From the NCBI RefSeq assembly GCF_009914755.1, contig NC_060939.1: a stretch of 64,000 bases of DNA. One strand, 5' to 3'. Of this stretch, positions 1-15,155 are shown in pieces. Origin of the DNA: the human T2T-CHM13v2.0 reference genome, Homo sapiens. Both the position numbers and the translations under genes were made by a program. Position 1 is the first letter of the stretch, and each line of letters opens with the position of its first letter. A model generated the notes under the pieces. It was not told the origin of the DNA. It did not search any database and saw nothing but the letters and a program-made list of their open reading frames with translations.

Positions 1-57
1 AGCCAACTTTGGTATTTCAAAGTTAGTATCTTACCCATAACTTTTGTCTATTGGAAG

Positions 58-870
58 GGCTGTGTGGAGTCTCAGCAGAGCAGCCACTTAGGCACACACA
101 GAGAACCAGGAGTTTTAGATACTCTGGCCCTGAGATCCCCTGCAAGGCAGGCCGATCCATCTGTACATAGCCCTAGGAAAGGGGCTGAATCTGGGGAACC
201 AAACAAAATCATTCTGTGGACCCCACTTCCACAGCACCTCACAAGTCAAGACCTACTGGTTTGGAATTCCAGCCAGTTAGCAGCAACAGGCTGAAGTCTA
301 TTCCTGGGGGAGGGGCAGCTGCCATCTCAGTGGTTTGATAGACTCAGCCATTCCAGCCTGCAAGCACTGGAGAATCCGAAGGGTCCAGATGAGGAAGGGT
401 CCCCCACAATGCAGTACAACTTCCCTGCCAGATCATGGCCAGACAACATCTTTAAGCAGAACCCCAATCCATTCTGCTTCACTGAGCAGGACCTCCCTGT
501 GGGGGCTTCAGCCACTTTAGCCAGGGTTATACAGACAGAGCTCTAATCTCTCCCTGGTACAGAGCTCCCATGGGAAGGAGTGAGCACCATCTCTGTGGTT
601 CGGTAGACTAAGCCATTCCAGCATGCCAGCACTGGACATTCCAAATGGTCCAGAAAAACAAGGGTCCCCGCCGCAATGCAGCACACCTACTCTACAAAAA
701 AGCAGCCAGACTGCTTCTTTAAGCAAGACCCTGATCCCATTCCTCCCAACAGGGGTCTCTAGCCACCTCCTACAGGCACGCTTGGGCCAGCAACAAGTCA
801 GCACCCCCCGAGATGGAGCATTCAGAGGAAGGAGCAGGCTATCATCTTTGCTGTTTCACAACATTCACTG
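58..870 (+). mobile_element. Isolated 5'UTR fragment of an older primate L1 (L1PA8-16/L1P-type), no ORF1
   Basis: GC-richer segment with L1P 5'UTR-like motifs (gccatctc..tggtt..tagactcagccattccagc). It contains an internal diverged repeat (~320-480 vs ~586-747) and ends abruptly with no ORF1 and no poly(A). Confidence 0.65.
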
Positions 871-1147
871 AATATGAATTGCTTTTGAGCTTAGGCAGAA
901 CATTTAGAACATTTAGAAAAAGAGCTAAACTCAAGGCAAACTCAATATATTCCAAAAGATCAGTAACACACTGTCTTTTTTGACCATATGCAATAAAGTA
1001 TGAATAAAAAAGTGAGACCTGAAAATCATATATGTTTGAAAGTCAATGTCTTACCAACAACCTTTGTCTATTGGAAGAATAATAATAAATTTAAAAATAC
1101 TTGAAGCTGAATTAAAGTAAAAACAGTACCTGTCAGAATTGGTATGT
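871..1147 (+). mobile_element. Old L1M (L1ME-like) ORF2 endonuclease-region fragment
   Basis: Degenerate SDH..IK.E (tgaccatatgcaataaag) and TYQNLW (tacctgtcagaattgg) motifs. Confidence 0.55.
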
Positions 1148-1446
1148 GGGGAGGCAGAGCAAGATGGTGGAATAGAAAGCACCACCAATGGTCCTCCTAC
1201 AAGGACACCAAGTTAACCATCTACACAGCAAAGAAAAAATAATAACACCATTATAAGATCCAAAAATCAAGTAAGCACTCACAGTACTTGGTTTTAACTT
1301 CATAGTGATGAAAGAGGCACTAAGAAGATAGGAAAAAAAAGGCCTGAATTACCGACACCATCCCTTCTCCATCCCCAGCAGCAGTGGAGTCTCTGGGTCC
1401 TGTGGGAGGGAGAACATAGCAATTGTGAGGCACTAAACTAAGTACT

Positions 1447-1763
<317 letters not shown>

Positions 1764-4700
1764 CAGTAAGTGCTGTCCTGTTGGCACACAAACAAAAACA
1801 AAAGCAAACTCAGCCTGCCCATGGTGGGAGCATTTAAACCAGCCACAGCCAGAAGGGAATCACCGACCCCAACAAACTGAACTTTAGTCTCTGCAAACCT
1901 TGTCACCAAGGGCTACAGCACTCTGTGTCTCCAAGAAACTTGAAAGGCAGTCTAGACCACAAAGACAGCAATTCATAGGTGAGTCCTAGTGTTGAACCAA
2001 GCCCACAGACACCGGACTAAGGGGGAATGCGACATACTGAGACAACAGCTGAAGTGGGTAAGGAAACGCTGGTATTGCCCCTCCCCTAACCCAGACTGCA
2101 CTTTCAGCTCCAAAATAAATCCCTTCCTTCCACTTGAGGAGAGGAGAGGGAAGAGTGGAGAAGACTTTGTTCGGCATCTTGGATACCAGCTCAGCAACAA
2201 CAGGATAGGGCACCAGTCAGCGTTCTGAGGCCCCCGATTCAGGCCCTAGCTCCCAGATGACATTTCTAGGCAAACCCTGGGACAGAAGGGAACCCATTAC
2301 CTTAAAGAAAAAGACCCAGCCCTGGCAGCACTCATCACCTGCTAACTGAAGGGCCCTTAGGCCCTGAATAACCAGCAGTGATACCCAGGTACTACATCAA
2401 GGGCCTTGGGTGAGCCTCTGAGATTTACTGGCTTCAGGTGAGACTCAGCACATTACTAGCTGTGATAACTACAGAGCAAAATTTCTTCCACTTGAGAAAA
2501 GCAGAGGTAAAAGTAAAGGAGACTTTATCTTGCACCTTAGGTACCAGCACAGCCACAGGAGGGTGGAGCACCGAGTGGGTACTTGGGGTTTCTGATTCCA
2601 GGACTTGATTCTTGAACAGCATTTCTGGACCTGCCCTGGAACAGAGGGAACTGCAGTGAAGGGTAAGTACCATGGCAAGCAACATTCATTAACAGCTGAC
2701 TTAAGAGTCCTTGGGCCTTAAGGGAACAGTGGCAGTAGTCTGGCAGTATTCCTTGTAGCCTGAGGCGGCAGGTGGTAAGGGGTGAGGCTTCTATGCCTTT
2801 GAAAGGGGAAGGAACACTGGGAAGAACTGCATCTTGTGGTTTGAGTGCCAGCTTATCTGCAATACAATAGGATACCAGGTACACTTCTAAGGTTTTTTAC
2901 TCTAGTCCCTGAATCTCAGATGGCACTTGCGGATCCACCCAGGGCCAGGAGGACCTTGCCATCCTGAAAATAAGGACACAGGCCTCGCTGTCTTTGCCAC
3001 CTGCCAATTATAGAGTCCCACGGCCTTCAGCGAACATAGGCAGTAGCCAGGGAGTGGTTACGGCAGGCCTTGAGAAAGGCTCAGTGATGTTCTGGCTTCG
3101 GGTCTGCCCAGTACAGTCATAGTAGTGGTGTCCATAGGGGTGCTTGTGACACTTCACCGCCAGATTTACATGGATCAGAATAAAGAGAGACTCTCTATGT
3201 TTGGGAGAAACCAAGGGAAGAGAATAAGAGTCTGTGCTTAGTAATCCAGAGAATTCTCCCAAATCTGGTCAAAAACTGTCAAGACAGTACCTCCATATGT
3301 CTGCAAGAACCACAGAATTACTGGGCTTGGGGTGCCCCCTAAAGCATATACAGCTTAGACCACAACACTCAAGTTCTTTCAAATATCTGGAAAGTCTTCC
3401 CAAGAAGGATGGCTACAAATAAGCCCAGACAGTGAAGAATAAAATAAGTACCCAGATACTGAAGAACATCAGATAGCATCAACACCATCCAGGAAATGAA
3501 GTAAATAAGGTGCCAGGAACTAGTCCTAGGGAAAAAGAGATATGTGATCTTTCAAAGGGAGAATTCAAAATAGCTATGTTGGAGGAAACTCAAATTCAAA
3601 ATAACACACAGAAGGAATTCAGAATCCTATCAGATATATTTAACAAAAAATTGAAGCACTTAGAAAGAATGAAGCAAAAATTCTAGAGCTGAAAAATGCA
3701 GTTGAGATACTGAAGCATGCCTCAGAGTCTTTTAAAGCAGAATTGATCAAGCAGGAGAAAAAAACTACTGAGCTTGAAGACAAGCTATTTGAAGATACAC
3801 AGAGAAGAAAAAAAGGAAAAATAATAATAAACAAAAAAGCATGCCTACAGGATCAGGAAAATAGCCTCGAAAGGGCAAATCTACGCGTTATAGGCCTTAA
3901 AGAAAAGGTAGAAAAAGAGATGGGGAGAAAAGTTATTCAATGGGATATTACCAGAGAACTTCCCATACCTACAGAAAGATACAATCAATGTCCAAGTACA
4001 AGAAGGTTATAGAACACCAAGCATATTTAACCCAAAGAAGACTACCTCAGGGCATTTAATAATCAAACTCCCAAAGGTCATGGATAAAGAAAGGATCCTA
4101 AAAGCAGCAAGAGAAAAGAAACAAATAACATACAATGAAGCCCCAATATGTCTGGCAGCAGAATTTTCAGGGGAAACTTTACAGGCCAGGAGAGAATGAC
4201 ATAACATATTTAAAATGCTGAAGAAAAAAATCTTTCATCCTAGAATAGCATGTCTAGTGAAAAAATCCCTCAAACATGAAGGAAAAATAAAGACTTTCCC
4301 AGACAAACAAAAGCTGAGGGATTTCATTAATATCAGACTTGTCTTACAGGATATACTATAGGGAGTACTGCAATTAGAAAGAAAAGGGCATTGATAACCA
4401 ATAAATGATCACCTGACGGTACAAAACCCACTAGTAATAGTAAATACACAGAATAACACAGAATATTATAATACTGTAACTGTGGTGTATAAACTACTGT
4501 TAAGTAGAAAGACTAAATGATGAATCAATCAAAAATAATAACTATGACAATTTTTAAAGAATAGTACAATAAGATATAAATGGAAACAACAAAAAATTTA
4601 AAGTTGGGGGTAAAGTTAAGGTGTAAAGCTTTTATTAGTTTTTCTTTTGCCTGTTTGTTGCTTTATTCAAATAGTGTTAAGTTGTTATCAGGTTAAAAAA

Positions 4701-6250
4701 ATAGGTTACAATATAGTATTTGCAAGCCTCATGGAAACCTAAAACAAACAAAAACATTCAATGTATATACAAAATATAAACAGCAAGAAAGTAAATCACA
4801 TCGCTAGAGAAAATCACCTTAACTAAAGGAAGACAGGAAGGAAAGAAAGAAGGAAGAGAAAACCACAAAATAACCAGAAAACAAATGACAAAATGGCAGA
4901 AGTAAGTTCCTACTTATCAATAACATTATGTATAAACAGACTAATGTCTTCAATCAAAAGACAGATTAACTGAATGGATGAAAAAACAAGATCGATTGAA
5001 CTGTTGCCTACAAGAAACACACTTTACCTATAAAGACACATAGACTGAAAATAAAGGGATGGAAAATGTTATTTCATGCTAATGGGAAAAAAAAGGAGTT
5101 GCCACACTTACTTCAGACAAAATAGTTTTCAAGACAACAGGGAGGGCACTGTAGGAAGAGACAAAGAAAGGCACTATATAATGATAAAGAGGTGAATACA
5201 GCAAGAGGATATAACAGTTTTAAATATATATGCACCCAATATAGGAGCATCCAGATATATAAAGGATATATTATTAGAGCTAAAGAGAGAGACAGGCCCC
5301 AGTACAATGGTAGGTGGAGACTTCAACACCCCACTTTCAGCATTGGACAGTTCTTCCAGATGGAAAATCAACAAAGAAACATTAAATGTAATTTGCACTA
5401 CAGATCAAATAAATCTTATAGATATTTACAGAATATTTCATTCAAGAGCTGCAGAATATACATTCTTTTCCATAGCATATGGATCGTTCTCAAGAACAGA
5501 CCATAAGTTAGGTCACAAAACAAGTATTAAAACATTCAATAAATGGAAATAATATCAACATCTTCTCTGACCACATGAAATAAAACTAGAAATTAATAAT
5601 GAGAGGAATTTTAGAAACTATACAAATTCATACAAATTAAACAATATGCTCCTGAATGACCAGTGGATCAACATAGAAATTAGGAAGGAAATTGAAAAGT
5701 TTCTTAAAACAAATGATAATGAAAACACAACATAGTAAAACCTGAGATAAAACAAAAACAGTTTATAACTCTAAGTGCCTATATCAAAAAAGAGTAAAAA
5801 CTTCAAATGAACAATCTAACAATGCATCTTCAAGAACTAAAAAAGAGCAAACCAAACCCAAAATTAATAGAAGGAAAGAAATAATATCAGAGGAGAAAGA
5901 AATGAAATTTAAATGAAACAAAAACATTACAAAAGAAGGAAATGAAATTTAAATGAAACAAAAACAATACAAAAAAAAGAAACAAAAAGTTGATTTTCTG
6001 AAAAGTGAAACAAAATTAACATGTCTTTAGCCAGACTAAGAAAAAAAGAAACAAGATCCAAATAAATAAAATCGGAAATGAAAAAGGAAACATTACAAGT
6101 GATACTACAGAAGTTCAAAGGATCATTAGTGGCTATTATAAGCAACTAAATGCCAATAAATTGGAAAATGCAGATGAAATCAGCAAATTCCTAGACATAT
6201 GCAACCTACCAAGATTGAACCAGGAAGAAATTCAAAACCTGAACAGACCA

Positions 6251-8626
6251 TGCATTAGTCTGTTCTTGCACTGCTATACAGAAATACCAGAGAATGGATA
6301 ATTTATAAAGAAAAGAGGTTTAATTGGCTCATGGTTCCACATGATGTACAGGGAGCATGGCTGGGGAGGTCTCAGGAAACATACAATTGTGGTAAAAGAC
6401 AAACAGGAAGCAGGCACATCTTCACATGGCCAGAGCAGGAAGAAGAGAGAAAGAAGGGAGGTGCTACACACTTTTAAATAACCAGATCTTGTGAGAACTC
6501 TTAGCAGGAGAACCGCACCAAAGGAGGAAATCTGCCCCCATGATCCAATCACCTCCCACCAGACCCCAACTCTAACGTTGGGAATTACAATTCAACATGA
6601 CATTTGGGTGGGAACACAAATCCAAAACATATCATTTTGCCACTGGCCCCTTTCAAATCTCATGTCCTTCTCACATTGCAAAGTACTCAATCATCCCTTC
6701 AACAGTCCCCTGAAATCTTAACTCATTTCAGCATTAACTCAAAAGTCCATAGTCCAAAGTTGCATCTGAGACAAGGCAAGTTCTTCCACCTATGAGCCTG
6801 TAAAATCAAAAACAAGGTAGTTACTTCCAAGATACAATGGGGCAGAGGAATTGGGTAAATGCTCTCATTTCAAAAGGGAGAAATCAGCCAAAAGAAAGGG
6901 TCTACAGGCCCCATACAAGTCTGAAAGACAGCAAGGCAGTCATTAAAGCTCCAAATTAATCTCTTCTGACTCCATGTCTCTCACATCCAGGGCAACACTG
7001 GTGCAATGAGTGGGGTCCCAAGGTCTTGGGCAGCTCCATCCCTGAGCCTTTGCAGGGTACGGCACCCGCAGCTGCTTTCAGGGGCTGGTGTTGAGTACCT
7101 GTGGCTTTTCCAGCTGCACAGTGCCTGCTGTCAGTGGATCTACCATTGTAGAGTCTGGGGGATGGTGGCCCTCTTCTCATGGCACCACTAGGCAGTGCCC
7201 TAGTGGGGACTCTGTATGGGGGTTCCAACCACACATTTCCCCCTGCAGTGCCTGACTAGAGGTTCTTCAGGAGGGCTCTGCTCCTGCAGCATACTTTTGC
7301 CTGGAAATAGAGGCTTTTCCATACATTCTCTGAAACCTAAACAGAGGCTCTCAAGCCTCAACTCTTACACTCTGTGTACCTGCAGGCTTAGGACTATGTG
7401 GAAGCTTCCAAGGATTACATTTACAGTTTGTAACCTCTGAAGCAGCAGCCCAAGCTGTACTGTGTCCCTTTTAGCCATGGCTGGAACTGTAATGGCCTCA
7501 ATGCAGTGCACTATGTCCTGAGGTTGCACAGGGCAGAGGGCCCTGGGCATGACCCAGGAAACCATTCTTCCCTCCCAGGCCTCTAGGCCTGTTATGGACA
7601 CAGCTGTCTCAGAGTTCTCTGAAATGCCTCCAAGGCCTTTTTCACATTGTTTCAGCTATTAGCACTTGCCTTCCTTTTAGTTATGCAAATTTCTTCAGCC
7701 AGCTTGAATTGCTTCCCTGAAAATAGACTTTTCTACCACATAGCTGGGCTACTAATTTTTCAAACTTGCATGCTCTGCTTCCCTTTTAAATATAAGTTCA
7801 AGTTTCATGTCATTTCTTTGCTCATGCATGTAAGAATAGGTTTTTAGAAGCAGTCAGGCCACATCTTGAATGCTTGGCTGCTTAGAAATTTCTTATTTCA
7901 GAAACACTAAATCATCTCTCTCAAGCCCAAAGTGTCACAGGTTCCTAGAGCAGGGGCACAATGTTGCTAGCCTCTTTGCTGAAGCATAGCAAGAGTGACA
8001 TTTATTCCTGTTCCCTATAAGTTCCTCATTTCCATCTGAGACCTCCTCAGCCTGGCCTTCACTGTCCATGTTACTACCAGCACTTTAGTTAAAACAATTT
8101 AACAAGCCTCTAGGAAGTTCCAAATTTTCCCTCATCCTGTCTTCTTTTGAACCCTCCACACTCTTCCAACCTCAGCTCATCACCAAGTTCTAAAGTCATA
8201 TCCACATTTTCAGGTATCTTTAGAGCAATGCTGCACTCCTCAGTACCAATTTTCTGTATTAGTCTGTTCTCACACTGCTACAGAGAAATACCTGAGATTG
8301 GGCAATTTTTAAGTAAAAGAAGTTTAATTGGCTTACTGTTTCACAAACTGTACAGGAAGCATGGCTGGAGAGGCCTCAGGAAAATTACCATCATGGTGGA
8401 AAATGAAGACGAAGTAGGCACATTTTACATGGCTGGAGCAGAAGGAAGAAAAAGAAGGGGGAGGTGCTACATATTTTAAACATCCAGATCTCATGAGAAC
8501 TCTATCATGAGAACAGCAAGTCGGAAATCCACCCCCATGATCCAATCATCTCCCACCAGGCCACAGCTCCAACAATGGGAATTACAATTCAACATGAGAT
8601 TTGACACAAATCCAAACTATATATCA
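6251..8626 (-). mobile_element. Complete MSTA-type MaLR provirus (3' LTR 6251-6634, internal 6635-8254, 5' LTR 8255-8626)
   Basis: Two ~380-bp LTRs reading tg(c/t)attagtc...atatca on +, THE1/MST-type internal sequence, perfect 5-bp TSD gacca at 6246-6250 and 8627-8631. Confidence 0.92.
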
Positions 8627-8935
8627 GACCAATACGTAATGAGATCAAAGGTGTAACAAAAAGTCTCCCACTAAAAAAAATCCCAGGACCCGATGGCCTC
8701 ACTGCTGAATTCTAACATTTAAACAATAATTAATATCAATCATAGTCAAACTATTCCAAAATATAGAGGAGGAGGGAATACTTCCAAACTCATTCTACCA
8801 GGCCAATATTAACCTAATAATAAAATCAGAAAAAGACATCAAAAAAAGAATTCTACAGTCCAATATCTCAAATATTGGATATTGATACAATATTGATGCA
8901 AAAATTCTCAACAAAATATTAGCAAACTGAATTCA

Positions 8936-9289
<354 letters not shown>

Positions 9290-11539
9290 TTATCCTTGAG
9301 ATGCAAGGATGGTTCAACATATACAAATCAATAAATGTGATACATCATATTAATAAGATGAAATACAAAAACCATATTATTTAAATTGACGCCGATAAAA
9401 CATTTGATGAAGTTCAACATCTCTTCATAAGAGTTCTCAAAAAAACTGGGGCCAGAAGCAAAATACATCAATACAGTGAAAGCCATCTATGACAGACCCA
9501 CAGCTATTATCATACCAAATGGAGAAAAATGGAAAGCCTTTTCTCTAAGATCTGGAACACAACAAAGATACACACTGTCACCAGTGTTATTCAACATAGT
9601 AATGGAAGTCCTAGCTAGAGCAATCCAGCAAAAGAAAGATATAAAGATCATCCAAACTGGAAAGGCAGAAGTCAAATTATCCTTGTTTACAGATGATATG
9701 ATTTTATACTTGGAAAAACCTAATAACTCCACAAAAAACAACTATTAGGACTGATTTAAAAATTCAGGAAAACTGCAGGATACAAAATCAATATACAGAA
9801 TCAGTAGCATTCTTATATACCAACAGTGAACAATCTGCAAAAGAAAATAAGAAGTAATTTATTTTATAATAGCCACACATAAAATTCACTACCTAGGAAT
9901 TAACCAAAGAACTAATAGATCTCTATAATGGAAACTACATAACACTGATGAAAGAAATTGAACAAAGACACCAAAAAATGGAAAAATATTCCATGTTCAT
10001 TAATTGGAAAAACCAATATTCTTAAAATGTCCATATTACCCAAAGCCATCTACAGATTCAATGAAATCCCTATTAAAATACCAATTACTTTTTTACAGAA
10101 AAAAAAAGTTCTAAATTGTATATGGAACCACAAAAGATCCACAATAGCCAAACCTACGCTAAGCAAAAAGAACATACTTAGAGGAATCATATTACCTGAC
10201 TTCAATTATACTAGCCCAAACAGCATAGGACTGTCATAAAAACAGACACATAGACCAATGGAACAGACTAGAGAACCCAGAAACAAATTCACACATCTAC
10301 ACTGAACTCATTTTTCATGAAGATGCCAAGAACATACACTAGGGAAAAGACAGTCTCTTCAATAAGTGGTGCTGGGAAAACTGGATATCCATATGCAGAA
10401 GAATGAAACTTGACCCCTGTCTCTCACCCTATACAAAAATCAAATCAAAACGGATTAAATACTTAAACCTAAGACCTCAAACTATGAAACTACTAAAGGA
10501 AAACTCTAGGACATTCTTCTGAGTAAAGATTTCTTGAACAATATCCCACAAGCATACGCAACAAAGCAAAAATGGACAAATGGGATCACATTATGTAAAT
10601 ACACTTCTGCACAGCAAAGGATACAATCAACAAAGTCAAGAGACAACCCACAGAATGGGACAAAATATTTGCAAACTACCCATCTGACAAGGGATTAATA
10701 ACCAAAATATATAAGGAGCTCAAACAACTCTATAGGAAAAGATCTAATAATCAAATCAAAAGACAGGTAAGAGATTTGAATAGACATTTCCCAAAAGAAG
10801 ACATACAAATGGCAAACAGGCATATGAAAAAGTGCTCAGCATTATTCACTGATCATCAGAGAAATACACATCAAAACTACAAGGAGATATTATCTCACCC
10901 CAGTTAAAATGGCTTCTATTCAAAAGCCAGGCAACAAATGCTGGTGAGGATCTGAAGAAAAGGGAACCCTTGTACACTAACAGAGGGAATGTAAATTAGG
11001 ACAACCATGAAGGACAAGAGTTTGGAGGTTCCTCAAAAAACTAAAACTTGAGCTACCATATGATCCAGCAATCCCACTGCTGGGTATATAACCCCCAAAA
11101 AGGAAGTCAATATTTCAAAGAGGTATCTGTGCTCCCATGTTTGTTGCAGCACTGTTTAAAATAGCTAAGATTTGGAATCAATCTAATTGTCCATCAATAG
11201 ATGGACAACAATGGATAAAGAAAAAATATATAACAATACAAAAGATAAAATTTCAAGAAAGTCTAAAACAATAATTTTGAAATTCAGGTAATCTTTCAAT
11301 ACTTATAACAATTGAACTATTTTTCAAGTACCCAGAGAGCCAATCACCTTGGAAATAATAGCAATATATAGCATTGTATAACACTTACAGAACACTATCT
11401 TTAGTGTTTATTTTTATTATGTTATTTATTTATTTATTTATTTTTACAGAGGGGTTTGTAAAGGTAACAAACCCCATTAATAGCATGGCCAGGAATTAAA
11501 CCCAGTCTCCATGTATTCAGACAAGTTCAGACAGAGAGT

Positions 11540-11921
11540 TCTATTAGCCTGCCCACATTCCTTCTTCCCTTCTTTCCCATTAACAGGAAAGGAGAACAGA
11601 TATTATTTCAGGTAGAAAAGTGCCTGTTAAAAGATAATTCTCAGCTTCCCTTGTAGCTGTCAGTAGAAAATGCCTTTCTCCTCTGCTTTATATGTGCTTC
11701 CACAAATGCATGTGTGATGGCTGAAATTGTAGTGACCATATTAATCCATGAAACTACCTTAATATGCCAAGTCGTGCTCTAAACCTAGAACCCTGATAGC
11801 TATGGAACCAATATACTGGCCCCAGATAGCATTATCCAGACTCAATTCACAAGAAGAAAAATAATTCCTTGTACACTCAAGTCACTGTTATAGAAAATGG
11901 AACCGAATCCTAACTGACATA
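11540..11921. mobile_element. Old ERVL/MaLR-type LTR relic (LTR16/LTR33/MLT1-like)
   Basis: Motifs cagcttcccttgtagct, tgtgatggctgaaattgtagtgaccat and terminal cctaactgacata resemble ERVL LTRs; family uncertain. Confidence 0.4.
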
Positions 11922-12199
11922 TGCTGTTTTCTTTACACCAAAGGTAAAGTAATCGGACTTCAGTATATGCATAGGACAAAAGCATTTAAAAATATATACA
12001 GCAATCTTAATTGCCCTAGTCCTACAGCCAGGCTTTAGTGTTTGAGGTTTCAGCCTTGTTGACAAGAGAGAAGATGACCATGAAATATGTCTTCAAAACA
12101 CCTATGGGAAAAAATTAAATTGTATATGGTCACAGGTTAATTACACATTATTTGGGTACCATCGCTTTAAGTAAGGAATTGACTAAAAAAAATAGAGAA

Positions 12200-13092
12200 T
12201 GAAAGATATATAACCTAAAACTACAAAAACACTACAAGAAAACCAAGGGAGAATTCTGCACATTAGTCTAGGCATAGAACTCATGGCTGAGTCTTCAAAA
12301 GCATAAGTAACAACAACAAAAATAAATAAATTCAACTTAACTATAAAGCTTCTGCACAGAAAAAAATAATAACAGAGTGAACAGACAACCTACAGAATAT
12401 GAGAATATTTATAAATTATTCATCTGACAGGGGATTGATATCCAGAATTTACAAGGAACGCAACAACTCGACAACAACAAAAACAAAAACAAGTAACTTC
12501 ATTAAAAAGTGGGCAATGGACATGAATAGATATTTTTTAAAAGAAGACATACAAATGGCCAGCAAGCATATAAAAATGCTCAGCATCACTAATCATCAGA
12601 GGAATGCAAATTAAAACCACTGGAGATAGTATCTTTCACCAGTCAGAATGGCTATTACTAAAAAGACAGAAAATAACAGACACTGGCAAAGACACAGAAG
12701 AAAGAAAATCACACACACACACACAATAGAATACTATTCAGCCATTAAAAGAAATGAAATAACATCTTTTGCAGCAACATGGATGGAATTAGGGGCCATT
12801 ATCTTAAGTGAAACAACCTAGAAACAGAAAGCCAATACCACAGGTTCTCACTGATAAGTGGGTGCTAAATAATATGTAACACATGGACATAGCATGTGCA
12901 ACAATAGTCACTGGAGATTCAGAAGAACAGGAGGGTAAGAGGTGGGGTCAAGGATGAGAAATTACTTAAGGGGTACAATATACATTTTTCAGGTGATGGT
13001 TACACTAAAAGCCCAGACTTTACCATGAGGTAATATATCCATGTAATAAAACTGCACTTGTACCCCTTAAATTTACACAATTAAAAAAAAAG
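12200..13092 (+). mobile_element. 5'-truncated L1 (L1MA1-3/L1PB4-type 3' end)
   Basis: ORF2 C-terminal remnant (IKKWAMDMNR..KEDIQMA) plus 3'UTR tacactaaaagcccagactt...actgcacttgtacccc and A tail; internal deletion at a (CA)n run near 12710. Confidence 0.85.
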
Positions 13093-13175
13093 AGGAAAAG
13101 AAAGAGGGAAGAAAGGAAGGAAGGGTGAAAGAGAAAGGAAAGGAGAAAGGGAGAAGGCAAGGGAAGGAAGGGAGC
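13085..13175 (+). repeat. GA-rich low-complexity tract
   Basis: Purine-dominated (gaaag/gaagg) run continuing the L1 tail. Confidence 0.8.
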
Positions 13176-13194
13176 AACACCCCAGCAGTGCATT

Positions 13195-14600
<1,406 letters not shown>

Positions 14601-15065
14601 GATAGATATATCTATATATAATTGATATTATAAATGAATAAATACATAAATATTCCAAAATATTATTAAAGGCTTTCTTTCAATAACAGTGCTCTGGATT
14701 TTTTTCCTCCTTTTAACTACTCTTTTTTTTTTTGCATTTACTACTCCAGTACTATTAATTTCTAAAGATGTGTAATTTTTTTAAATACTGAAATGAAGAG
14801 AACGACTAGATTCTCTCCATATAAGTAAGGCATCTTAATTGATCCAATAACACTAACTCATTCCTCGAGAGCAATGGCCTTTGCAAAGGCCAAGGCATTC
14901 ACAGAAAACAAGTGACCAGAAAAAGTCCACAAAAATATTTTTTCTCAGTATAATAAACATGTGTAAACCCAGTCCTGGGCTAGAAATAGAAAATTCCAAT
15001 TATCCTTAAGCATGACCTCCAGTTTCTACACATGTCCCATGAGTGCATTTTCATCCATCATCATT

Positions 15066-15155
15066 AAAAAAAAAAGAAAGAAAAGGAAAGAGGAAAAGGG
15101 AAAGAAAAAGAGAAAAAAAAAGAAAATGAAAGAAAAAAAAAAAAGACAAGAAAAG
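15066..15155 (+). repeat. A/G-rich polypurine tract
   Basis: About 90 bp of (aaaag)n-like sequence. Confidence 0.85.

Noticed and set aside
320-860. Internal ~270-bp-period repeat
   Set aside because: Appears to be the built-in repeat structure of older L1P 5'UTRs rather than a locus-specific event.
12200-13092. Possible displaced 3' end of the 1148-11226 L1MA
   Set aside because: It repeats ORF2 sequence already present at ~10465-10950, so it is an independent insertion.
14875-14892. Perfect 18-bp palindrome tggcctttgcaaaggcca
   Set aside because: About 0.24 expected by chance in 64 kb (64000/4^9); no other support.
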